From Paracoccaceae bacterium (GTDB taxonomy: Bacteria; Pseudomonadota; Alphaproteobacteria; Rhodobacterales; Rhodobacteraceae), in contig JAPOOS010000315.1 of the NCBI GenBank assembly GCA_026713305.1, positions 1-53,057 on the forward strand: DNA of 53,057 bases, in the 5' to 3' direction. The position numbers and the translations under genes are program-made. The notes under the pieces were generated by a model that worked only from the letters and a program-made list of their open reading frames with translations, was not told the DNA's origin and did not search any database. Shown here one piece after another: positions 10,432 through 19,752 of the stretch; position 1 is the first letter of the stretch, and each line of letters begins with the position of its first letter.

Positions 10432-11961
10432 CTAGGTGTTCGGAGCGAGAGGCCCTGGATCGATGCCAAGTTGCAGCGCCATGTCGCGGATGCCGTCCGG
10501 GAACGTCGCGGTCGTGAACTCCGGCGACACAAGCAGCAACCGCCGCGGCATGCGGCGAATCTCCAACACCTCCTCGCTTTCGCCCGCCGCCTCCAGAAGT
10601 TCCTCGAACTGGAGCTTCAGTCTTTCGGGTTGATGCCTTCCGGCGTTGCGCTTGCACCCCGCCACCAACAGCGTCCGCTCCGCTCCCTTGCCGGAATACG
10701 CCAACGTGTCGATGTCGGCCCTTCCGGCCTGCCACACGCCTTGCCCGTTCCAGTCGACGTCGGGCGAGGTTCCGAGCCAGCCGGCGGTCAGCTTCTCGAG
10801 CGCCGCTCCTTCATGCGTCTTCAATCGTTGCAGCGCCGTCCTGTCAAGGCGACCTCGGCGTCCGCGAGCCATTCCCGCCGTCCGACCGCCGGTCAAGGTG
10901 ATTTGGAACCGCGTGTTGTTGTCGGCAATTCGCCAACGGCCGTTCGGGCCGTGAAAGTCGTGGCTTTCCTCGATCAGTTCGAGGTGGTTGGACAGCACCT
11001 CCAGCGATCTCTTTAGGGACGGGTCGTCGCGCCGGCGCATCCTCTGCGGAAACTCCCTGACCGTGTAGCCGCGGCGGCGACCCCGTGCCAGATGCATCAG
11101 CACCTCGCGGTGGGGCTCGGCCAGCTCGACGAACGACCGGTTGTCGTAGCGATCCGCCGGCTCGTCATCGAGTTGCTCCCTTTGGGCCTTGACGAAGGCG
11201 GCGCGCCACGCCGCCTCGTCGCTCCAAGCGTCGAAGTCGCGCAGCTGCCTCCACCTCTCGCGCTGGGAGGAGGCAAAGCGCTCCCAATGGTTCGGCATGC
11301 CGCCATAGGCGGTCCACAACGTCAGGAAGCGTCGCGGGAAGGCAAGAAAGCCATGCTCCGCCGCCATCTCAAGCGCCGTCCGGACACCCCACTGGCGCAG
11401 CCTGACCGTATCCCATGCGCGTCCATGCAGCGGCTGGTTGCAGCGGAACATGCTCAGCATCTGCTGTTGGTGCGAGCCCATCAAAATGAGTTCGCCGGGA
11501 GGCTTGGGTTCGTAGATGCTCTTGAACCTGTCGATCATCCGCTTGATGTCGCCTTCCATGCCGAGTCCCTTGGCATGATGGAACTCGTCGAGCGCAACCA
11601 CTGCACCCTCCATCAGCAGGCAAGCGACGATATGTGCGAACCAACTCTGGTCATCATGATAAGGTGAACGCTGGCCCAAGTTACGAAGCGCCTCGCCTTG
11701 TCCGGCCGCCTCGGCCGCCAACGCAAGCACACGGCACGCCGCGGCCGCTCCCTTGTCGGGTGACGGCAATTCACAGATCACCACCGGCACGCCCTGGGCG
11801 CCGCGCCGCGCAGTCTCTTCGAGAAGCGCGTTCTTTCCGACGCCGCGCCGGCCGACGATCTTCACGACGCTGAGCGCTCGCGCGGCCGGCCTCCGAAGGC
11901 CGAGACAGTCCTCGAGCTCCGCCAACGCCTTCCGGCGTCCATAGAAGCGCCACTTTGCCAT
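10432..11961 (-). CDS. AAA ATPase (archaeal-ATPase/PF01637-like) with C-terminal DUF234-like nuclease-fold domain
   Basis: N-terminus FYGRRKALAELEDCL followed by P-loop VGRRGVGKNALL, and Walker B-like VVALDEFHH. The C-terminal block DIDTLAYSGKGAERTLLVAGCKRN resembles the DUF234 EIDIVA...ECKW core. Start is taken at MAKWRFYGRR. Confidence 0.65.
   Translation of the reverse strand: MAKWRFYGRRKALAELEDCLGLRRPAARALSVVKIVGRRGVGKNALLEETARRGAQGVPVVICELPSPDKGAAAACRVLALAAEAAGQGEALRNLGQRSPYHDDQSWFAHIVACLLMEGAVVALDEFHHAKGLGMEGDIKRMIDRFKSIYEPKPPGELILMGSHQQQMLSMFRCNQPLHGRAWDTVRLRQWGVRTALEMAAEHGFLAFPRRFLTLWTAYGGMPNHWERFASSQRERWRQLRDFDAWSDEAAWRAAFVKAQREQLDDEPADRYDNRSFVELAEPHREVLMHLARGRRRGYTVREFPQRMRRRDDPSLKRSLEVLSNHLELIEESHDFHGPNGRWRIADNNTRFQITLTGGRTAGMARGRRGRLDRTALQRLKTHEGAALEKLTAGWLGTSPDVDWNGQGVWQAGRADIDTLAYSGKGAERTLLVAGCKRNAGRHQPERLKLQFEELLEAAGESEEVLEIRRMPRRLLLVSPEFTTATFPDGIRDMALQLGIDPGPLAPNT
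10514..10690. repeat. Copy A of dispersed direct repeat shared with 12110..12295
   Basis: 10514-10557 matches 12110-12153 at 43/44 nt (gtgaactccggcgacac[a/g]agcagcaaccgccgcggcatgcggcg). 10648-10690 is identical to 12253-12295 (gcgcttgcaccccgccaccaacagcgtccgctccgctcccttg). Confidence 0.9.
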
Positions 11962-11997
11962 TTCAGGTACCCTCCCCTGTCGCGGTGCCAATGCCGT

Positions 11998-12615
11998 TCA
12001 ATTGCGGGACGGTCTGGGCGGCCCAGGATCGATCCCAAGCTCTCGCGCCATGTCGCGGATGCTGAAGCACTCGACCCCCTTGCGGTCACATTCCGCCCGC
12101 TTCTCGGGCGTGAACTCCGGCGACACGAGCAGCAACCGCCGCGGCATGCGGCGCATGCCGTCCGCCCACTTCCGCTTGCCGGTTTCGTCCAGCGCCGTCA
12201 GGAAGGCCTCGAACTGGCGCGCCAGCCTGTCCGGCTCCTGCTTGTTGCCCTTGCGCTTGCACCCCGCCACCAACAGCGTCCGCTCCGCTCCCTTGTCGGA
12301 ATATGCCAACGCGTCGATTCCGGCCCTTCCGGCCCGCCATTGGAAGGCGGAGACAGCTCGCAGAACATCACCGTCGGGTCTCCAGGTCGCATGGAGGCCG
12401 CTTCCCAAAGCAGTCGGGACTTTCCGACCCCGCGTCGGCCGCTGATCTTTCGCGTGGCGAACTGGTGCTAGCCAATCGCGCCGGAAATCTTCTCCAACTT
12501 CCTCCTCCGGCCGTAGAAGCGCCACCTTGCCAATTCTGCCCTTTCCGTCGATGTTTGCAAACGCCACCTTGATGTGCCGAGCGTGTTCAAGGGCAACTTT
12601 GTCAGCGGTCATCAT
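11998..12615 (-). CDS. Short paralog carrying only the DUF234-like C-terminal domain (possibly a truncated gene copy)
   Basis: The C-terminal 110 aa (GIDALAYSDKGAERTLLVAGCKRK...RRMPRRLLLVSPEFT...GIDPGP) parallels the C-terminus of the 10432..11961 product. Start is placed at MMTADKV (12615), where base composition changes. The longest ORF runs to 12972 through AT-richer DNA with no recognisable motifs. Confidence 0.45.
   Translation of the reverse strand: MMTADKVALEHARHIKVAFANIDGKGRIGKVALLRPEEEVGEDFRRDWLAPVRHAKDQRPTRGRKVPTALGSGLHATWRPDGDVLRAVSAFQWRAGRAGIDALAYSDKGAERTLLVAGCKRKGNKQEPDRLARQFEAFLTALDETGKRKWADGMRRMPRRLLLVSPEFTPEKRAECDRKGVECFSIRDMARELGIDPGPPRPSRN
12110..12295. repeat. Copy B of dispersed direct repeat shared with 10514..10690
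   Basis: Same blocks as copy A. The intervening sequence is more diverged and longer in copy B. Confidence 0.9.
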
Positions 12616-14046
12616 GGAAACAAGGACTCTCTTTCTCTGCCAGCACCAGTGTTCTCTAGAATGAAAGACACTAACCTGCAGCGGCAATCCTTGTGTTGTC
12701 GCCTCTCTCCCCAGCCCGCCGACGCGCAAGCGATCTTTTGGTGCGATGCCACTGACGTACATGACATCGAAACAGAGATGTCGGACGCCCATGAAACGCT
12801 TGGCGTTCTCGAATGTCATTGCAACCGGATTGTCAGCACACATCACGAACATCGTGCGGGAGTGAATTGGCAGTAAAGCAACATTAGCAATAACAAATGC
12901 ACTTTGTGAAGTCAGCGGACAGGACTTGAGTTGCGTTAGGTGCCAATGCTGTTTGATTGATGTCTCGCCCAAGAGATTGATTGCACATCTCGATCAGACA
13001 AACCCAAGCCTGTGATTTCGCAGATGGTCGATTGCGTTCAAGTACGGTGGCGAAGTGACGGCGAGGGCAACGGTTGTGCGGCCGAAGGCGTCCTCTCAGG
13101 CAGTTTTCCCAATCTCCACTTGTGCTGCACTACATGACGGCTTCCAAGGAATCCGACACTGCAACGCCCTGACAGAAAAATCAGACGCAGGGAACACCTG
13201 ATCGTTCATTTCTCCAAGACTTTGCGTAACCCGCATATGGAGGTGCCTTGAGTCGAAGACGCACACGTCACTTGGGTCGCCATGCTCCAAACAGCGGCAA
13301 ACGTGATTGGATCAACCAATGCCTCGGCTTCCCAGCGGCCCATTTGGTCAGACTTGTTCCTCCAAAAAGCAGTTTGCTTGTAATTCTTGTGCTGCAGAGA
13401 AGCCAACCATATCTCCACAAGTGACCAAGCTTGTCCGCCGTTGTCCAGTCAGTCCAAGCGCAAACCTGTTGCATTCCCCTCTCGTGCCCAACCATTCGCA
13501 AGGGCAGCACAAACCTTCAAGTTTCTCCAAAGTTTCTCATCTGCCAATTCCTCGACTTTGGCGTATCCGGTTGGCTTGAGCCAAACAGAACGTTGGCCAG
13601 ACACTGGTCAAGTGCGGCAGCGCCGCGACAAAATGCACCACTAGGTCAACCACGTGACCTGCTCTTGTAGATCTCGACCTAGGGTACAGGTTCGGATGGC
13701 GGAGGAAGGAGCGGTTCATGTTACAACGGCATTCTGTGTCAGACACATTCGTCAATTGGAGTTCATCGCCAATTGCTTTCCGACTGCCACGGTGATTTGG
13801 GTCGTGCTGGCGTTGACTGCTCAACTTCGGCGTCGTCAATGGCCACCAAGAAGTGCATGTTCACGTAAAAGCCCCGAACAGGTGAACTTTGGTCGGGTTC
13901 CGTTCCGCATCGAGCAGGCCCGTCTCTTGTTGGTTGATCAAGCTAATTCTCTTTGCCGTCAAGACTTGGCAATGCTGTTGGTCCGACGCGATTCACCAAA
14001 CTTGCTGGCTTTCGGGCGGTTTGCGCGCGGAATGGCTGCCCGCGCC

Positions 14047-14739
14047 CTACTCGAGCGAGTAGCCAACTCCCCTGACAGTGCGAATTGGATCGCTGCCTCC
14101 GTGGGCGCGCAATGCCTTTCTCAGGCGTCCAACGTGAACATCCACTGTTCTCTCGTCCACATAGACGTCCCTGCTCCAAACTCGATCCAAAAGCTGATTG
14201 CGAGACCAAACGCGCCCCGGCCTCTCAATGAGCGCTGCCAACAGCCGAAATTCGGTAGGCCCCACCTTGATTTTCCGGTTGTCTCGAAACACGCGATGCC
14301 TTTCGGAATCCACCACGATATCCGCATGTTCCATCCTTTGGCCAACCGCCGAAGGCCTGACTCTCCGCAAATTGGCCCTCAGTCTGGCGACAAGCTCCGA
14401 CACCGAAAACGGCTTGACGATATAGTCATCCGCTCCCGCATTAAGTCCGTGGACACGGTCCGCTTCGTCTCCTCTGGCGGACACTAGCAGAACCGGCGTG
14501 AACCGACTCCCCTTCGATCTTCTGATGCAGCGACAAACCTCGGGACCTGACAAAGTTGGCAGCATCCAGTCCAGCAGGACAATGTCGGGTTCGTAGTCCG
14601 CCACCATCTCCAACGCATCCTGGCCATCCTCGGCAGAAATCACGTCAAACCCCTGTACTCTAACGCTATGGGTCAGCAGTTCCAGATGTGCCGGATCATC
14701 CTCAACAATCAGCACGAGCGGTGTGTTTCCAGTCATCAA
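14047..14739 (-). CDS. phoB: Phosphate regulon response regulator PhoB (OmpR family)
   Basis: Receiver domain (LIVEDD...LLDWMLP...ADDYIVKPF) plus winged-helix trans_reg_C (RVWSRNQLLDRVW...VDVHVGRLRKAL). Lies downstream of pstB-phoU. Confidence 0.9.
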   Translation of the reverse strand: MMTGNTPLVLIVEDDPAHLELLTHSVRVQGFDVISAEDGQDALEMVADYEPDIVLLDWMLPTLSGPEVCRCIRRSKGSRFTPVLLVSARGDEADRVHGLNAGADDYIVKPFSVSELVARLRANLRRVRPSAVGQRMEHADIVVDSERHRVFRDNRKIKVGPTEFRLLAALIERPGRVWSRNQLLDRVWSRDVYVDERTVDVHVGRLRKALRAHGGSDPIRTVRGVGYSLE

Positions 14740-14758
14740 TCCTTCCCGGGAACGGATT

Positions 14759-15487
14759 CTATGTCAGGTACTCGTCAAAGTCGGTCATGACATTCTTGTC
14801 ACGATCATCCGTCGGCAGTGTTCCCGTAATCATGTAGATTACCTGCTCGGCAATCGCAGTCGCGTGGTCGCCCATGCGCTCAAGGTTCTTGGCAATGAAC
14901 AGGAAATGCATGCAGGATGAAATGCTGCGGGGGTCTTCCATCATGTGCGTCAGGAATTCCCGGAACAGCGCGTTGTACATCTGATCGATTTCTTCGTCCC
15001 GGTATATGACAAAGTCCGCCCGTTCGACATCTCCCTTGATAAACGCGTCCAGCACATGCTTGATTTGGATGCGGACAGCTTTCGACAGTCGCTTTATCGA
15101 ACCAATGCCTATGTCAAGCGGCGGAGAATGCGTAAGCACCGTGGAACGCTTGGCGATGTTCTTGGAGTAATCTGCAACTCTTTCCAGGCTAACGGCGATT
15201 TTCATGACCGCTATCGCCGTGCGCAGATCACGGGCGTTTGGCTGGCGCAGCGCAATCAGTTCGATTGCCTTTCTCGAAATCAGTTCCTCCAGCTTGTCGA
15301 TTTCGACATCGCCCGCAACAACGCGGTCGGCCCGCTCGCTGTCTCGTCGATTGAGCGCCTTTGAAACCTGCCTGATGGAATTCTCGACAAGTCCGCCCAT
15401 GGTCATCACCTGGGAGCGCAAACTCGACAGGTCGGCATCAAACGCCGAATGGATATGATCCTGTTGCATGGTGTCCGGACCTTTCAT
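14759..15487 (-). CDS. phoU: Phosphate signalling complex protein PhoU
   Basis: 242 aa with two PhoU repeats (E..D..ID motifs: DVEIDKLEE, DEEIDQMYN). Lies between pstB and phoB. Confidence 0.9.
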   Translation of the reverse strand: MKGPDTMQQDHIHSAFDADLSSLRSQVMTMGGLVENSIRQVSKALNRRDSERADRVVAGDVEIDKLEELISRKAIELIALRQPNARDLRTAIAVMKIAVSLERVADYSKNIAKRSTVLTHSPPLDIGIGSIKRLSKAVRIQIKHVLDAFIKGDVERADFVIYRDEEIDQMYNALFREFLTHMMEDPRSISSCMHFLFIAKNLERMGDHATAIAEQVIYMITGTLPTDDRDKNVMTDFDEYLT

Positions 15488-15567
15488 TTCGTTTGCTCGT
15501 CTCCGGATGAACTGTCAGGACGCTGTGTTCCTGATCCAGCCGTCAATCGGGCGCTCCTGCGACAGGC

Positions 15568-16440
15568 CTACCCAATTCTACCTGTAATGTAGCTTTCTGT
15601 TCTCGGGTCCTTCGGATTGGTGAACACAACGTTGGTTGAGTTGACTTCGACGAGGTGCCCAAGGTGAAAGAACGCTGTCTTTTGGCTTATCCGAGCTGCC
15701 TGCTGCATGGAGTGCGTCACAATCACGACCGAGTAGTCGATTCGCAGGTGGTCAATCAGGTCTTCGATCTGTGAGGTTGCAATCGGATCCAAGGCTGAAC
15801 AGGGTTCATCCATTAACAGCACTTCCGGTTGAGTGGCAATTGCGCGGGCGATGCAGAGCCTCTGTTGCTGGCCTCCGGAAAGGCTGGTTCCCTTTTCTTC
15901 AAGCCGATCCTTGACTTCGTCCCAGAGCGCTGCGTTGCGCAATGCCTGTTCGACTACCTCCGCAGCCTCGGCGCGGGTTGACACCATTCCATGAATGCGG
16001 GGGCCGTAGGCTACATTGTCAAAAATCGACTTTGGAAACGGATTTGGCTTTTGAAACACCATGCCGACACGAGCCCGAAGGTACACTGGGTCAACGCTCC
16101 GGTCGTGAATGTCCTGGCCATCCAAGTGAATCTCTCCTGTCACGCTGCATCCATGGACCGTGTCGTTCATTCTGTTGATGCAACGCAGGAACGTTGACTT
16201 TCCGCATCCCGAAGGTCCAATCAGCGCAGTTACCATTTTGTCCGGAACGTCGATTGAGACATCGAACAGGGCCTGCTTGCCACTGTAGTGCACGCACAAA
16301 TCGCGAACAGCAATCTTGGCATTGCCATCGCCAATTTCGCTGCCGTGCTCTTCAGATTGATCTTGCTTTGACAGAGGCAATGAAACCAGTCTCGAAAGAA
16401 ATGAAGTCTTCTTTTTCTTGAATGTGTGCACTTTACTCAC
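15568..16440 (-). CDS. pstB: Phosphate ABC transporter ATP-binding protein PstB (with about 35-aa Lys-rich N-terminal extension, GTG start)
   Basis: Walker [10 protein letters not shown], PstB-specific [10 protein letters not shown], signature [14 protein letters not shown], Walker [13 protein letters not shown]. The first codon at 16440-16438 is GTG, and the true start may be further in. Confidence 0.9.
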   Translation of the reverse strand: MSKVHTFKKKKTSFLSRLVSLPLSKQDQSEEHGSEIGDGNAKIAVRDLCVHYSGKQALFDVSIDVPDKMVTALIGPSGCGKSTFLRCINRMNDTVHGCSVTGEIHLDGQDIHDRSVDPVYLRARVGMVFQKPNPFPKSIFDNVAYGPRIHGMVSTRAEAAEVVEQALRNAALWDEVKDRLEEKGTSLSGGQQQRLCIARAIATQPEVLLMDEPCSALDPIATSQIEDLIDHLRIDYSVVIVTHSMQQAARISQKTAFFHLGHLVEVNSTNVVFTNPKDPRTESYITGRIG

Positions 16441-16467
16441 ATTGCAATTTGCAGTTATGACAGAGAG

Positions 16468-17535
16468 TTATGACAATAGTGTGTCGGACTGCTGCTGCAC
16501 CTCCGCCAAGGGCAGCGCCACTGCAAATGTACTCCCGCTTCCTGGTTCACTGGAAATGTACAACTGTCCTCGATGCCTGTTGACTATGTGCTTGACGATG
16601 GCCAGTCCCAGCCCCGTTCCGCCTACCTGGCGCGACCGGTGCTTGTCGATCCGATAGAATCTTTCGGTGATTCTCGGCACGTGCACCGCTTCGAAGCCGG
16701 TGCCCCGATCGCGCACTTCGACTCTGATCTCTCCCCGCCTTCCTGAGTTCCCCATGCGTGAATGTTTGACGGCAATGTCAACACGACTGTCAGACGGACT
16801 GTACTTCAAGGCGTTTTCGATAAGGTTGTGGAACACCTGAATCAACTGCTCGCGATCGCCGTACACAAGTGCCTCCCTGGGGCATTGCAGACATATCCGA
16901 GACGTGTCAACTTCCTCCGCACGGGAAATCGAGTCAACCGTTTCCTGCAGCAATTCCGAGCAGCAAACCATGTCTGAAGGCCGCACCCTCTCCTGCGCTT
17001 CCACCTTGGAAAGTGAAAGCAGGTCGTCGATCAACCGACTCATGCGCTTGGCCTCTTCGTCCATGATGTCCAGAAACCGACGGCACAATTCCGCATTCTG
17101 CAGGTCCGAACTCTTAAGCGTCTCAATGAAACCGCAAAGCGAGGTAAGCGGCGATCGCAGCTCGTGGCTGACATTGGCGACGAAATCACGCCGGACAAGC
17201 TCGGCTTCGGAAATGTCGGTCACGTCCAGCAGCGTGATCAGGAGGACCTCCGCCCCGTTGTTGTGCAGCTTGATCGGCTTGACGTAGAATCGAAGATCAG
17301 TGTCAGCCTCGTGGCGAAGTTCCGAAATCCGTGTTTCGCATGATCCCCCCGATTCCCGTGCCCGCCTTATGCAGGCGAGTGCGTTGGGCTGACGCACGAA
17401 CGCGTACAGGGACTGCCCGATCAGGTCGACGTTGTACCACGACTTTGCGGCGCCATTTGCGCCTATTATGTGCATGTTCCGATCAACGATGAGCACCGGG
17501 TCGGGGAAGGCATTCGTCAACTCAAGAAATTCCAT
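16468..17535 (-). CDS. phoR: PhoR-like sensor histidine kinase, soluble (PAS-HisKA-HATPase, no TM segments)
   Basis: PAS-like N-terminus (FPDPVLIVDRNMHIIGANGAA), H-box FVANVSHELRSPLTS, and G-boxes DRGTGF and GTGLGLAIVKH. Lies immediately upstream of pstB. No hydrophobic N-terminal segment. Confidence 0.75.
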   Translation of the reverse strand: MEFLELTNAFPDPVLIVDRNMHIIGANGAAKSWYNVDLIGQSLYAFVRQPNALACIRRARESGGSCETRISELRHEADTDLRFYVKPIKLHNNGAEVLLITLLDVTDISEAELVRRDFVANVSHELRSPLTSLCGFIETLKSSDLQNAELCRRFLDIMDEEAKRMSRLIDDLLSLSKVEAQERVRPSDMVCCSELLQETVDSISRAEEVDTSRICLQCPREALVYGDREQLIQVFHNLIENALKYSPSDSRVDIAVKHSRMGNSGRRGEIRVEVRDRGTGFEAVHVPRITERFYRIDKHRSRQVGGTGLGLAIVKHIVNRHRGQLYISSEPGSGSTFAVALPLAEVQQQSDTLLS

Positions 17536-17852
17536 CGAAGCCCACTCTCGTCACACGTGAATTCGGAGCGATCGTTCCGCCTCCTATGCATGGCTTGCTG
17601 GCTGGGCGGGAAGTGACATTGATGCTTGCTGCCACAGCGCGTTACCAACCTTGCCTGCATCCTGTCAAACCGTGCGTCAGGTTGTGTTTCCCGCAGAGGC
17701 GGTCCGGCCTGCTGCGACTTGGCAATGCCGCCGCGAAGCCGGCAGTCGCTGGTGCGCAAATGCACAGGTCCCACGAGTTCAAGCCATGCGCCTGCATCAA
17801 GACGGAAGCGCTTCCGACATCACGTGGCAGCTGACGACTTGGCTTGCAAATC

Positions 17853-19073
17853 CTAACCGAACAGCTTCTTGCAGATCCGCAATCCTTCGACAAGCGCATC
17901 AATGTCTTCGGTCGAGTTGTAAACCGCAAGAGACGCCCGGCAGGTCGCAGTTACGCCAAGATGTTCCATGAACGGCTGAGCGCAGTGATGGCCTGCGCGC
18001 ACGGCAATGCCCTGCTGATCAAGAATTGTCGATACATCGTGGGGATGCGCCCCGTTCTTCAGATTGAACGAGAATATCGCAGCTCGCCTGGCGGGCCGTC
18101 CATAAAGTTCCAGCCAATCGATTCCGCCAAGCTTGTCCGCAGCGTAAGCCGCGAGGCTCGCCTCGTGCGCAGCGATGTTGTCCATGCCCAGCCCGCGCAC
18201 ATAGTCGATGGCGGCGCCCAAGCCTATCATCTGGACAATTGGAGGTGTCCCGGCTTCCAGCTTGTGCGGCGGTTTGGCGTATGTGACATGATCTCGGGTA
18301 ACCTCCTCAATCATGTCGCCGCCGCCTCGGAAGGGCTGAAACTCAGGCAGCCTATCCCGACGGACGTAAAGCGCTCCCGAAGCCGTCGGGCCATAGAGCT
18401 TGTGGCCGGTCATTGCGAGAAAATCCACACCCAGACTCTGAACGTCAATGCTCCCGTGCACCGCTGACTGCGATGCATCGACCAGCACCGGAACCGCTCG
18501 ATCCCTGGCAAGCCGCGCGATTTCTCCCACGTCAACCACCGCACCTGTCACATTGGAGGTTTGGGTCACCGCGATCAAGGCAGTCCTCGAGGTTACCGCA
18601 TCCAGCACCTTCTCGGGATGCAAATCGCCGTTTTCGTCGGGCTCCACCCATTTGAGCGCGACTCCCTGCCGTTCCCGCAAGAAATGCCAGGGAACGACGT
18701 TTGCGTGATGTTCCATGACCGACAGCACGATCTCGTCACCGGCATCAAGCCTGGGCATGGCCCAACTGTAGGCCACAAGATTGATGCTGTCGGTGCTGCC
18801 CGTCGTGTAGATGATTTCCTCGCAGTGAGCCGCATTGAGGAACGAGCGTATCTTTTCGCGCACCTCCTCATACTTGTCGGTCATCACATTCGAAAGGTAG
18901 TGCAATCCCCGATGCACATTCGCATACTCGTGCTCGTAGGCATGAGTGACGGCGGCAATGACTGGCAACGGCTTTTGTGCCGAAGCGCCGCTGTCGAGAT
19001 AAACGAGGCGGTGCCCATTCACCTTGCGATCCAGTATCGGAAAGCTCTCCCTAACCGCGGCTACGTCAAGCAT
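17853..19073 (-). CDS. sufS: Cysteine desulfurase SufS (group II)
   Basis: 406 aa. PLP-Lys region TGHKLYGPT, catalytic loop RAGHHCAQP, last gene of the suf cluster. Its ATG overlaps the upstream stop (TGATG). Confidence 0.92.
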   Translation of the reverse strand: MLDVAAVRESFPILDRKVNGHRLVYLDSGASAQKPLPVIAAVTHAYEHEYANVHRGLHYLSNVMTDKYEEVREKIRSFLNAAHCEEIIYTTGSTDSINLVAYSWAMPRLDAGDEIVLSVMEHHANVVPWHFLRERQGVALKWVEPDENGDLHPEKVLDAVTSRTALIAVTQTSNVTGAVVDVGEIARLARDRAVPVLVDASQSAVHGSIDVQSLGVDFLAMTGHKLYGPTASGALYVRRDRLPEFQPFRGGGDMIEEVTRDHVTYAKPPHKLEAGTPPIVQMIGLGAAIDYVRGLGMDNIAAHEASLAAYAADKLGGIDWLELYGRPARRAAIFSFNLKNGAHPHDVSTILDQQGIAVRAGHHCAQPFMEHLGVTATCRASLAVYNSTEDIDALVEGLRICKKLFG

Positions 19074-19663
19074 CAGACTGGGCTCGGCTCACGCGGAGGA
19101 GAAAGGGTGAGGTAAATGTATGCAAGCACGAACGACAAGGTGAGAACCAGTGCAATCGTTGTAAAGAACACGGTGCGCGCGCTCCTGAAACCGTGCGCCA
19201 CGCTGACGAAACAGGAGAACAGCCAGAAGTAAAGCCCAATGGTCACCGCAAGAATCAGCATGGCAACAAACTGACCCAGCAGCAGTAGGGCCACGATTTG
19301 AACGAACTCGAACATCAGCATCAGGAACTGCAGCCACACAACCACAGTGGCAATCTCGCTCAAGCTGCCTTGTCCTCCGAAGAGCCTTCCGATGAGATAG
19401 GTACCCAAAACCGTGATCGCCACGATCAGCGTCGGCAGCAGCAGCGCCTGAAACGGCTGCGACTGCAAGCCGGCGGCCAGTTCATCCTCACTTGGCGGGA
19501 TTGCAAACGCAACCAGGTGCGAAAGGAGAGTGGTGAGAACAATCACCAGCGCTGCCAACTGAGCCAATTCGACTAGTGAAAGTCGAAAACTGAGTACATG
19601 TTCGGCACCCACTTTCGGCTTGCGAAGCGATATCCGAATTAGCGACAGCAAATCCGCGAGCAT
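19073..19663 (-). CDS. Yip1-like polytopic membrane protein embedded in suf operon
   Basis: 196 aa with about 5 predicted hydrophobic helices. The GRLFGGQGSLSEIATVVVW motif resembles the Yip1-domain core. Stop overlaps the sufS start. Confidence 0.5.
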   Translation of the reverse strand: MLADLLSLIRISLRKPKVGAEHVLSFRLSLVELAQLAALVIVLTTLLSHLVAFAIPPSEDELAAGLQSQPFQALLLPTLIVAITVLGTYLIGRLFGGQGSLSEIATVVVWLQFLMLMFEFVQIVALLLLGQFVAMLILAVTIGLYFWLFSCFVSVAHGFRSARTVFFTTIALVLTLSFVLAYIYLTLSPPREPSPV

Positions 19664-19752
19664 GAGATCGAAGTCCTGGATTCAATACCTTTGAAGAGAC
19701 ATGACAACCCTTTCAACTGGCGGCGCCACAGTTCCGACTTGCCAATAACGGG

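Noticed and set aside
13654-14487. 277-aa + strand ORF overlapping phoB
   Set aside because: Its downstream half is antisense to phoB, and its upstream half lies in the AT-rich non-coding patch. No motifs.
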